Below the pieces are notes generated by a model. The model was not told the DNA's origin and searched no databases. It worked only from the letters and a program-made list of their open reading frames with translations. From Octopus bimaculoides (taxonomy: Eukaryota), in contig NC_068984.1 in assembly GCF_001194135.2 (NCBI RefSeq), positions 119,740,660 through 119,804,659 of the forward strand: a stretch of DNA of 64,000 nt, read 5' to 3'. The position numbers and the translations under genes are program-made. Below, piece after piece: positions 50,662 through 62,561 of this stretch (positions are counted from its first letter, which is position 1; each line of letters starts with the position of its first letter).

Positions 50662-51109
50662 TGAAAGCTTTTATAACCCCGTAACACTTCTTCCCCAGTA
50701 CTGCATCTCTCATTAACCCTCACCTCATCTTTTCTCTCTGCTAACTAGCCTTCGGCTGTTCAATATAGACATTAATATAAACATTAATCACACTGACCTA
50801 AATCAGATAATCATGTTCCTTCAGTAAAGAAGCATCAGTAAAAAAAAATCTATGGTCACTGAACCACTTCTGTCGATTTCATAATTAAAAGAATAAATAG
50901 GTTAAAGAAAGGTTTTCTAATACAAGGATGACATTTCAAGATACTGTAGTATGCATGTATACTATATTCAATTAATTTTAATTAAAATTTCTTGGTTTTT
51001 GACTAGAATTTCTAATTTGAATAACAATTGCTTTTCACATTAGGGAGGTAATATTCATTTAAATTTCTTAAGCTTAATGCATGAAGTATGTTACCACCAA
51101 TGTTACATA

Positions 51110-51486
51110 CATGCTTACATACAGGTGTATGTGGGTATGTGTGTCCCTGTGTGTGAATGTATATATGTAAGTCTGTATATATATGTGTTTCTATATACAT
51201 ACATACATACATACTTACAGGTGTGTGTGGGTATGTGTGTCCCTGTGTGTGAATGTATATATGTAAGTCTGTATATATAGATATAGATATTTGTGTATAT
51301 AGATATGTGTGTTTCTATATATTTATGTGTGTGTGTCTGTATATATGCATGTGTGTGTATATATATGTACACACACATCTATATATATGCACACAAACAT
51401 ATATGCACACATACATGCATATATGTGTGTATGTGTGTATATATATGTACACACACATCTATATATATGCACACAAACATATATGC
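51110..51486. repeat. Compound TA/TG/CA minisatellite running into an assembly gap (N 51487-52089)
   Basis: caggtgtRtgtgggtatgtgtgtccctgtgtgtgaatg.. occurs twice about 97 bp apart. gtacacacacatctatatatatgcacacaaacatatatgc occurs twice 78 bp apart. Confidence 0.7.
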
Positions 51487-52089
51487 NNNNNNNNNNNNNN
51501 NNNNNNNNNNNNNNNNNNNNNNNNNNNNNNNNNNNNNNNNNNNNNNNNNNNNNNNNNNNNNNNNNNNNNNNNNNNNNNNNNNNNNNNNNNNNNNNNNNNN
51601 NNNNNNNNNNNNNNNNNNNNNNNNNNNNNNNNNNNNNNNNNNNNNNNNNNNNNNNNNNNNNNNNNNNNNNNNNNNNNNNNNNNNNNNNNNNNNNNNNNNN
51701 NNNNNNNNNNNNNNNNNNNNNNNNNNNNNNNNNNNNNNNNNNNNNNNNNNNNNNNNNNNNNNNNNNNNNNNNNNNNNNNNNNNNNNNNNNNNNNNNNNNN
51801 NNNNNNNNNNNNNNNNNNNNNNNNNNNNNNNNNNNNNNNNNNNNNNNNNNNNNNNNNNNNNNNNNNNNNNNNNNNNNNNNNNNNNNNNNNNNNNNNNNNN
51901 NNNNNNNNNNNNNNNNNNNNNNNNNNNNNNNNNNNNNNNNNNNNNNNNNNNNNNNNNNNNNNNNNNNNNNNNNNNNNNNNNNNNNNNNNNNNNNNNNNNN
52001 NNNNNNNNNNNNNNNNNNNNNNNNNNNNNNNNNNNNNNNNNNNNNNNNNNNNNNNNNNNNNNNNNNNNNNNNNNNNNNNNNNNNNNNNN

Positions 52090-52120
<31 letters not shown>

Positions 52121-52209
52121 GTGGATTCTCCCATCGTTAGATAATGCATGAGAGTTTGACAATTTCTTATCGAATAACCACACTGGTGATTTGTTTATAG
52201 TGATCAAAT

Positions 52210-52418
52210 GTTTGTGTAGACATAAACTCACTCCCTCCATCAGATCGACATTACTTGTACAGGTGCAACAAGCGTCATATATCAGATGTTGAAATGATCA
52301 CAGAGCAATGTGAAATGAAGTGCTTTGCTCAAGAACATAATGCAGTGCCCGGTCTGGGAATCGAACACATGATCTTGCAATTGTGAGTGCAACACCTTAA
52401 CCACTAAGCCATGTGCCT

Positions 52419-52420
<2 letters not shown>
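52210..52420 (-). mobile_element. tRNA-derived SINE (family J)
   Basis: tgtgaaatgaagtgctttgctcaagaac..gggaatcgaac..taaccactaagccatgtgcc is the reverse complement of a tRNA-like head. Other copies at about 4980-5090, 9170-9290, 24580-24690, 29235-29360 and 59520-59635. Confidence 0.7.
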
Positions 52421-52449
<29 letters not shown>

Positions 52450-52562
52450 CATATATACACATACATATATAATATATATACATACACACACATATACACA
52501 CATGTATATACACATGCATGTAGTCGATGGTTAAAATTTAGGTTGTAAGCTGTGTAGCTGTG

Positions 52563-52792
52563 AAGAACATGTAAAGTGATTTTTTACAGTAAAAGTCTGT
52601 TCTGATTTGAATGAATTTGTATGTTGTGTCTTCAATAAGGTTGATGCTAAATTACCTTCCAGAATTCCTACACCAACAGTCCAAAAATGTAGCAGTCCAA
52701 TTGCAGGACCTGCTTCAACCTTATTGAAGACACAGCATACAAATTCAAACCAGGACAGACTTTTACCTTAAAAAATCACTTTACATGTTCTT
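52563..52792. repeat. Inverted repeat with arms of about 80 bp and a spacer of about 70 bp (MITE-like)
   Basis: aagaacatgtaaagtgattttt..gaatttgtatgttgtgtcttcaataaggttga pairs with tcaaccttattgaagacacagcatacaaattc..aaaaatcactttacatgttctt. Confidence 0.75.
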
Positions 52793-52834
52793 TAAGGAAT
52801 TTAATATACATTAGCAAATGTATATTAAATGTAT

Positions 52835-52887
<53 letters not shown>

Positions 52888-53476
52888 ATATATATATGGC
52901 AGGTTTCTTTCAGTTTCTGTCTGCCAAACCACTCACAAGGCTTTGGTTGGCCCGAGGCTATAGTAGAAGACACTTGCCCAAGATGCCACACAGTAGGACT
53001 GAACCTGGAACCATGTGGTTGTTAAGCAAGCTTCTTACCACACAGCCACACCTGATATATAAATAAATGCATATGAATGTGTATATATATATATGTGTAT
53101 GTGTCGGTGTGTATATGTATATAATGCATACCATTTCATGAAACATTATTTAACATCAGACTTCCATGTTTGATGGTATCCAACAAGTCAGAGGACTGAA
53201 CAGTGTTTTCTATTGACTGCTTTGGCATTGTTTCTATGGCTTGATGTGTCCTTCTCAATGCTAACCACTTTACAGAGTGCACTGGGTGCATTTTTTGAGT
53301 TACTACCACTGGTGAAGTTGCCTTACAACTCACATGATGTAGTCCTGGCAGGTAGTGGAAAAACTAGAGATGAAAGGAGGCTGTGAGTGATGAAGAGACG
53401 GGAATCATGGAGGAAGAAATTAATGAATATTAATATATGTGAAGGCGCGGCTAGGTAGGCCTGTCAGGGGAACAAT

Positions 53477-53519
<43 letters not shown>

Positions 53520-53529
53520 NNNNNNNNNN

Positions 53530-53572
<43 letters not shown>

Positions 53573-54009
53573 CACAGCTTCGTGATGGTTGTCTTTTGCA
53601 ACTATCACTAAAAAAGAAAAGAGCAAAGTCCCTAACTATGTTCTTTATACCATATATATGTGTGTGTGTGTACGTGTACACACACACACACACACACAGA
53701 GTAGTAGTAGCATGGGGGTATGTGCTGCAACAGTGCATTGCTGCGTTCTCTGTTTATTGGTGAGTCCCTACTACTCCCGGTGGATGCTGCCTTTGCATCT
53801 CTCAGGCGACGACCTTCCAACCCATGGGTCTGTTTGGGTAGTCATTGCTGGTGAGGGTTTTTTCAAGGTCGGAGTGCAAATCCTACCTCAACCACTCTTA
53901 GTTGCCTTTTATGAACTGCAGAGGAAAAATTGAGTCTATTCTTTTAGCATACTGGACCCTACACAGTACCTCCCACCATGCACACATATGCACACACACT
54001 CACTCACAC

Positions 54010-54065
<56 letters not shown>

Positions 54066-54080
54066 ATGTATGTATTTATA

Positions 54081-54120
<40 letters not shown>

Positions 54121-54224
54121 CTTTATTTAAAAGCAGCAGAAATATAACAAAAGACTGTTACTCGGAGTTTCACGTTCCCGTTCATCAGACAGTTTTGTTA
54201 TATTTCTGCTGCTTTTAAATAAAG
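54121..54224 (-). ncRNA. Type I hammerhead ribozyme, intact core, 36-bp helix I
   Basis: Minus strand reads CTTTATTTAAAAGCAGCAGAAATATAACAAAACTGT-CTGATGA-ACG GGAA CGT-GAAA-CTCCGAG-TA^ACAG-TC-TTTTGTTATATTTCTGCTGCTTTTAAATAAAG. All core nucleotides are present. Helix II is 3 bp with a GNRA loop. The GUA cleavage triplet predicts a cut between 54159 and 54158. Confidence 0.85.
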
Positions 54225-54295
54225 CATATTACTCTACCTCTGGTATTTGAGTACTCTTTTTTCCACCTGGCTGCACATTTATGTGCTTACTCCGG
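54121..54295 (-). mobile_element. Short non-autonomous HHR-carrying element (PLE pseudo-LTR or retrozyme-like), inserted in (TA)n
   Basis: HHR hairpin plus a tail of about 70 bp (gcatattactctacctctggtatttgagtactc...ttactccgg). The tail is shared with a diverged copy at 35659-35935. TA repeats flank both sides. Confidence 0.6.
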
Positions 54296-55545
54296 TATAT
54301 ATATACACACACACATGCACATACATATGTGCATACATATATTTGATTTAATTAAATACTGTAATAATAGATGTTTTTATATCAAAATTATTTATATTCT
54401 TATTATTTCTTTCTTTCATTTCAATTCAATTGTCACAATTTATTTCAAAGTGGAAAAATTAAATACATAAATAAAAGAAAAATATTTAATTCACTTCACT
54501 TGTCCAAAATGCACTTCCAAAATTTTCAATTTGTGTTTGCTCTTCACATTGTACCAACCATCACATTGGCTATATAATACATTAATTATAATCAGATTAA
54601 AGTAATGTACCATATATTTCCAATACTAAAATCATTTGTCTTATTCAAGTGTATACCACAAGTATATACATCATTCTATAGACTTATAAAATCTCTTTAT
54701 ATTAATGGCTATTGAAATTTTTCTTGTAAACATTCCATGAATATAATAATTTCTAGCTTATTTTTACATCTCTTTGCGAATGTAATTTTCTCATGTCATA
54801 GACACAATGAAAACTGTAAGGATATTATTCGCCTTAAACTTCCAGAGTTATGGTGACATTTTAAACTGTGTGTGAACAGAATATTTGTACTACTACAAAA
54901 TCACGTGGAAAGCGTTCAGCTGTCTGGTTACTGAATTGTGCTGAATGACTGATTATTGGTCACGTAGAAATTGTTATGCAATGTAGTCTAATCTCTTGAT
55001 TGTTTTATAATTAATACCCAAATAAATTAGTACGTCATTGAGATGTTTAATTTCTATTGAACTGCGTATGAACGTATACACACACATCTATTATATTTCC
55101 CTTTTATTGTCTTCCCTTTGCCATTTGTTTCATGGTAGGTAAGTGTTTCTACTTAGACTATGTTTGCATTCATTTATGTAAATGTAGCCTGGTGGCCAAA
55201 TATTTTCAACTAGGAGTAAAATGAATAGAAATTAATGCTAGCAGATAATTAAGGTTTCAGTTAAAATATTCAGCTAATGGCCATTAGTTTATGTTCTATA
55301 ACAATGCTTTATTGAATTTATTGAATCATGTAGGAGTAGCCATCACTATGTGGTTAAGAAGTTTGCTTCCCAACCATGTGGTTTTGGGTTGAGTCCTACA
55401 GCATAGCACTGTAAGCAAGTGTCTTCTATTACTTCTATTACGCCGCAGTTTGACCATAGCCCTGTGAGTAGATTTACTTGATGGAAACTGATGAAAGAAG
55501 CCTTTCATTTACACATACATGCATGCACTCACGCATGCACACACA

Positions 55546-55587
<42 letters not shown>

Positions 55588-56106
55588 NNNNNNNNNNNNN
55601 NNNNNNNNNNNNNNNNNNNNNNNNNNNNNNNNNNNNNNNNNNNNNNNNNNNNNNNNNNNNNNNNNNNNNNNNNNNNNNNNNNNNNNNNNNNNNNNNNNNN
55701 NNNNNNNNNNNNNNNNNNNNNNNNNNNNNNNNNNNNNNNNNNNNNNNNNNNNNNNNNNNNNNNNNNNNNNNNNNNNNNNNNNNNNNNNNNNNNNNNNNNN
55801 NNNNNNNNNNNNNNNNNNNNNNNNNNNNNNNNNNNNNNNNNNNNNNNNNNNNNNNNNNNNNNNNNNNNNNNNNNNNNNNNNNNNNNNNNNNNNNNNNNNN
55901 NNNNNNNNNNNNNNNNNNNNNNNNNNNNNNNNNNNNNNNNNNNNNNNNNNNNNNNNNNNNNNNNNNNNNNNNNNNNNNNNNNNNNNNNNNNNNNNNNNNN
56001 NNNNNNNNNNNNNNNNNNNNNNNNNNNNNNNNNNNNNNNNNNNNNNNNNNNNNNNNNNNNNNNNNNNNNNNNNNNNNNNNNNNNNNNNNNNNNNNNNNNN
56101 NNNNNN
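55588..56106. other. Assembly gap (N run)
   Basis: Direct reading. Other gaps: 7666-7791, 31377-31397, 32180-32189, 43358-43367, 51487-52089 and 53520-53529. Confidence 0.98.
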
Positions 56107-56113
56107 AACATTT

Positions 56114-56160
<47 letters not shown>

Positions 56161-56424
56161 TGTTTATATGTGTGTACCTTTTCATCTCGACATTACGTAA
56201 AGTGTCAAATGAATGTCACCATTATACAATCTGTGTCATTTGTTTTTAACCTTCCCTGAAATCTTGTCCAGTCATGGGGAAATATTACTTTGTTTGAAAA
56301 CAAATGAAAGTTGACAACAAGAAAAACATTCATCTGTAGAAAATCTGCCTTAATGAATTCCATCTGACCCATGCAAGCATGGAAAGTGGAGATTAAAACA
56401 ATGATGATGATAGGTATCTTCTTA

Positions 56425-57000
56425 ATTGCTCTAAATTTTAATAAGGCTGCATACCCTGTTACTTTAAGGACCAGAGTACCTCTAGAAAGTACTCTTACAA
56501 CCTAACTGCTCTGAGTTTCTTATGAGGCTGGGCATCTTCATTCTTACTTCAACCTTTTTTATACTAACCCACCTAAACCTGCTATTGGTGCTATAACACA
56601 AACTTACTGTTTTAAGATGATCTAAATTATCTTTCATCAAAATTTTATGTTAACTTGTTCCAAACAATGGCTTAATAATGAGGAAATTATTTTACTAGAT
56701 TCTTCATATTTTAAAAATTAATTAAAACAGAGGCTGTACTTGTAAACAGGGATATGATAACAAAAGAGTAAAGGACCAAGTTACTCCAAGACAGTAGTTT
56801 TATACCTAAGTGCTTTGAGTTTCAATAAGGCTGAACATCCTCTTTTTTTATTTTAAGGACCAAGTTACCTCCAGTGGGTAGTTTTATGCCTAACTGCTCT
56901 GAATTTCAATAAGGCTGGGTATCTTCTTTTCTTATTACATGGACTAGGTTACCTCTTGGGGGTAGTTTTCCACCTCACTGTTCTAAATTTCAATAAATTT
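56425..57000. repeat. Degenerate 84-bp tandem repeat (4-5 units)
   Basis: Unit aaggaccaagttacc..gtagttttat.cctaactgctctgaatttcaataaggctgggtatc starts at 56466, 56771, 56855 and 56939. The period is 84 except where the MITE interrupts. Confidence 0.7.
56551..56770. mobile_element. TTAA-flanked MITE type 1 (reverse orientation, degenerate) inside a minisatellite
   Basis: Aligns to the reverse complement of 50431-50661 (gatctaaatt, gttccaaac, gcttaataatga, ttattttacta). Confidence 0.55.
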
Positions 57001-57662
57001 CACTTATGAATTGATTTTATTCAATTAACTAACAAAGAAGTGACCTAGTGTCTGGCCAAAAGGAAATCAATATTTGTCACCAAGAGATGAAATTATTGAA
57101 AAGAAGTTACTAATTATATCAACAGAAAAGCAATATGTTAAACATTAAAAGATTGCTGAGATAGCAATCATGTTTATTATTTCTTTATAACCAACTACAT
57201 TTACAGATGCAGTTATATATCACATTACAAAACAACCTGCTGGGGATGACTAAAAATGCCTTTGGGGTAAAGTATAAATTGGAAGACGAACCACATTGTT
57301 AGAAGATAAATGTCTTTTTTAGCACTGAGTCACAAAGAATGGAACAGAAGGATTTTGTTTGTTGTCATAGTCATAAACATGTGTGTATATGTATGTATGT
57401 CTCTCTCAACATCATATGGTAGTTGTAAATGAATTTCACCATTATGTAAGTGGTGTTTCTCATTTCTTCTGTGAAAACATGTCTAGCCCTGGGGCAAATA
57501 TTATCTTGCTTGGAAACAAGTGAGGATTGGCAACAAGAAGGGCATGCAGCTGTAGAAAATAGGCCTCAGCAAATACCATTTGAACCACGCAAGTATGGAA
57601 AAGTGGACAATAAAACAATGATAATTGAGATACTTGTTGTTTGCTGCTGACACTGTTTAGAC

Positions 57663-58119
57663 CAGTGGCTCTCAACTGGGGTCCATATGGATCCTTGGAT
57701 TCCATATAAGATTATTGGGGGTTCATGCTAACAAAATAGTAAATTTGAGATTCACAGTAGTATATTAAGTGAGCATGCAAAGATTTTGCATTAGGCTGGG
57801 CATCCAGCTGTAGAAACCAAACCAAATCAGACTGGAACCTGGTGCAGCTCTCCAGCTTGCCAGCTCTTGTCAAACGATCCAACCTATGCCAGCATAAAAA
57901 ACAGATATTAAAAGAGGATGAGAATGATGGTGATGATGATGATGTATTTATTGCAAGAAACAGCTCAGTTTCTTTCTGTAATGTTTTACATAGTTCAACC
58001 TACACAAGTTACTGTGTGAAAAGCAAAATAGGAATTTTGAAACATCAAATAGTTATAGGGTTCCACTAGAATAAAATAACCAAAGGGGTCCATAGATAAA
58101 AAATGGTTGAGAATCACTG
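57663..58119. mobile_element. hAT (Charlie-like) MITE with perfect 8-bp TSD and a nested LINE-tail insertion
   Basis: TIRs cagtggctctcaac / gttgagaatcactg. GTTTAGAC is duplicated at 57655-57662 and 58120-58127. An RTE 3' UTR repeat is inserted at about 57795-57945. Confidence 0.85.
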
Positions 58120-58851
58120 GTTTAGACCAAGGCCAGATTTGATTGAGTAGGTCTTTGAGCAGAGGTATTCTTGCTACGAATATCATCTCTTTCAGACACT
58201 GTGTCTAGGACAGTATTATTGGATGTGGTCTCCCATATTAAAATTTCTTGAGTGTGAATTGTTGAAGATTTGGTTGCTAATTGTAGTGGGGTGAATGACC
58301 ATGTTTAGAGGCTCTCTTGTTGCTTCTATTGATATAAACATGGTGAGAAATCTTTTCTATATTTGGCTCAAAGGCTTTTAAATGAGTCATAAAACCTATA
58401 ACAATGCATTATTGATGTGTTGTCACTGTGGTTGCTCTGATAGAAGTTCAATGATGCAATTTGAGCTGAATAGGCAGAATGGCTTCAATGGGAATTGACT
58501 TCAGATTTAAAACTTCCGTAAGAAACTTAGCTATAAGGTTTATGTCTTGGACAAATATGATAGAGCATGAAAATATTCCATGCAGTATTATTAGAGCCAT
58601 TGTTTTGATGAGTATTCTTCCTCCTCACCACATACAGTAGCCAACAATTATAGGCCATTTTCTGACTATAAACTGAGTATTATAGATTGGTACATTATGA
58701 TCTGCATGGCCAAGCTCAGCTATAATTATTTTAACTCTAGACAATCATTCTCTTGAACACAAGTTTCTGTTTATTTTAAATTTTTATTTAATTTGTTTCT
58801 CACAAAAACGCTTGCACAAATAGCATACGACATGGTGGATGCACCATGATT

Positions 58852-58887
<36 letters not shown>

Positions 58888-61800
58888 CTCTCTCTCTCTC
58901 TCTCTCCCTCTCTCTTCCTTTTTCTCCTCTCATTCTGTCCCTCTCTCTCACTCTCTCCATACCCTCTCTTTAACAAAATATTTAACAATAAGATGAAAAT
59001 AATATTCTTACTGCTTATGTAAATGTTACTACACACAGAAATAATGCACCACTGTAACTGCAGCAGCCGATTCTATGACTATTCATATTTTGAGACCAAT
59101 TTATTCATTTTCTCTGATTCCAGTTGCTTATAGAAAAGAATTTTCAATGAACATTTCTAAGTGTGTGCTTTGGAGAAATTTATTCAAAATCTCTTCTGAT
59201 ATATTAGGGAATGCAAGCTTTCTAACATTTAAGCTGTGTAAGGGAGATAGTTGGTAGAATCAGTGAGGTGAATACTGTGCCTACATATCTTGCTATATAT
59301 CTTAGAATATAACTAACTGACATTCTGTCACTTATGACAATGAGGGTTCCATTTGATCTTATCAACAGAACAGCCTGCTTGTGAAATTAAGGTGCAAGTG
59401 GCTGAGCACGCCACAGGCATGCATGCCCCTTATCGTAGGTCTCAGGGAGATTCAGCATGATACAGAATGTGACAAGGCTAGCCTTTTGAATTAGAGGTAC
59501 AACTCATTTTTGTCAGCTGAGTGAACTGGAGCAATGTGAAAATAAAGTGTCTTTCTAAAGAACACAATGTGCTGCTGGGAGTCAAACTCACAGCCTTACA
59601 ATCCTGAGCCTATTACTCTAACCACAAAGCCACGTATCTATCTTACAATATATAAGGTTAATATTTTGCCTTTTATTCTTAGGTGGTGAGCTGGCAGAAT
59701 CATTAGCACATCAGAGAAAATGCTCAGTGGCATTTCTTCAAGCTTTTTGTGTTCTGAGTTCAAATTCCACTGAGGTTGACTTTGCTTTCCATTCTTTCAG
59801 GGTCAGTTGAGTACTGGGGTTGATGTGATCAACTACCTCCTTCCCCTAAAATAGCTGCCCTTGTGTCAAAATTCAAAACCGTTTTTATGAAGCTGATAAA
59901 ATAAATACCAAGCAAATACTGGGGTTGATTTTAATAAGCCTGGCCCTTTTTCCATAATTTGGGGTCTTATACTGAATTTACAAATCATTTAAACTGTTTG
60001 GTATCTCAAATAGTTTATTTCCAACAATTTGCTTGAAATATGTTTAAAAATCTCCAAACCAGTAAATACTTTAGATCAACTAATTGTTTTACATTTTGTA
60101 AATAAAGGTCAAATCTGTATTTATATTACCTAAGGGAGTCAATTTTCACTTCAAACAGTCACTAACTGTAATTTATATCTCGGCTTTATAGACTTGGTAT
60201 TTTATGTGTAAATTCCCTTTGCACAGATTGTAATAAATCAATACATTCTAATACTGAAGTGCCCATACTTGGCACAAATATTATAACTCTGATCTGGTGA
60301 ATGATAAGAACATTCTTTTCATGAAAATTTGTTTTTTGTATTCATAATCAACTATCTTATTTGTATTAGCTCCTGTTGCTTTTACTACATTCTAGCAGTG
60401 TGTGCTTCAAAGTTCAGGCATAACTTTTGCCAATGACCTAAGTCTCTGATATTATCGACTTTTCTTATCCCTTCTCTGCCAATTTGTAGTTGTTATGATG
60501 TAAATTTCTCTTTCTCCACAACCTCTACTGCACATATCCAAATTCCAATTCTTGGGTTCATTTATGAAATCTTTTCAGATATTCTTGAAGTTTCTTAGAT
60601 GAAATTTTTATGAGAAATGCCAGATAAAGTTCACAGTTATTATTATTAATGGCTGCAGGAAGGCGGCAAGCTGCAGCATTTCGTCCATCTTGATATTCTG
60701 AGATCAAATTTTGCTAAGGTTGACTTTGCTGGCCTTGTGCCAAAATTTGAAACCATTATTAATGGGTACAGGTAGCTGTGTAGAGATATATCTATATTTG
60801 TCATTATCATTAGTGAGTGCAGGTACATGTGCATAGATATATGTCTTGTTAAGTTTATCTGCTAACACAGTCGAACATGGTATTGACTTATAAAAATGTT
60901 TAATATACTTTATAGTATATGATGGTTGTATAACAAAATATGGTCTCCCTAAAAGTAATTAAGATATGTCTAAATTTATCAATTCTCTTATTGTAGTCAT
61001 TCTATAATTATGGAAGGAGTGGAATACATCATCATCATCATTTAACATCCATTTTCTGTGCTGGCATGGGTTGGACAGTTTGACTGGAACTGGTAAGGCC
61101 AGAGGCTCTACTATCTTTTCTGGCATGGTTTCTGTGGCTGGATGCCCTTTCTAATGCCAATCACTCCATAAAGTGTACCGGGTACTTTTAACATGGCACC
61201 AGCACAAGTGCTTTTTACATGACATCAGCACAAGTGGTTCTTTTGTGTGGCACCAGCACCAATATCAAGTCTATTGTGGCAGACAGGTCTTCTTAAGTGC
61301 AACAAGGTACCAGATATCTTGTTCCTTTGTAAGGCTCAGTATCTTGATATTGGTCTCAAGGCACTGTGCATTATGAAGGAAATGATTAAGGACCTAGATA
61401 TCTGACGCAGTTAGAAACTGACTGAAAGGTGACGAAGCAGTCATTGTATTTTGTGGGGATTTCTGCTGTTTAAAGCAATGAAGTATATCTCTTCATGATA
61501 TTTATTTACAGCAAGTTGAGATATTTATGGTAAACGTAACAGAGTATCAGCAACAGGATAAATTCTGCCAGCTTCTCTGGTAATTTGGAAGATACCCTGT
61601 TGATTTAGCCAGATGAAACTCTAGATGCAACATGATATAATGTTAGAGCTGAATCTAAATATATGATAATTGTTTTTTTGACTGGACACAACATGGTGAA
61701 GCAGATGCTGTGTTCGTGATAACTATAATTTTATTTTTGTGTGCAAGACTTAACTGACATGGCTTCCTCATACCTCGTAATGTTAGCCATTAAATAAACA

Positions 61801-62527
61801 CAAAACTGTCGGCCATTTTGTATAATTATTTTTTGGTTGTTTTTGTTTTGTGCGTCTTCTTTATTTGTCAACAGGATGTAATCTATTTTCTACTTGTTCA
61901 AAATACAGTTATTTTGTTTTTTCCTCCTTTATTTGTTGCAACAAATACAAAATCATATTTTGACAATGATTTTTGTATTTTATTTGAGTATGATTGTTGT
62001 ATTACTGAACTATTTTCTGGTGAAATGTTACTAACTTCCTGTAATGAAACTTTCAGTGACTTAAAATATAAAAAAACACCTTACACACACATACACAAGA
62101 TAACAACAAAACAACAAAGGTAAAATACAATACAAAAGCAAAACAATTCCTGATTACTTCTTTGAAGTATTAATAACCGTCAAGAAACTTTTATGCATGA
62201 ACTCTTTATTGAAACAATGTGCAGATAACAGGAAATTATCAAATGTTTCTTAAGTTTTAACATTATAGCCAGCAGACAGATATTATCTTTCCGATGCTTT
62301 ACTATAATCATTTACTTTTAATCACTCAATGAGGGAGCATCCATGAGGTCACTTATTAGAAATACCAGCCAAGTCTTTCTCTTGTTGTACTCTGCTGTCT
62401 TGAAAATACATGTATACACAAACATGCATAAATACATTGTGTAATTATGTGTACATAAATATGCATGTTTTGTCATATATATTTGTGTGTGTTGTCATAT
62501 ATATATCTATATCTATACTATATATAT

Positions 62528-62561
<34 letters not shown>

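Noticed and set aside
51253-56259. Long ORFs of 200-305 aa in the ORF track, and the many HTHT/YIYI/CVCV ORFs elsewhere
   Set aside because: They are translations of N gaps and dinucleotide microsatellites.
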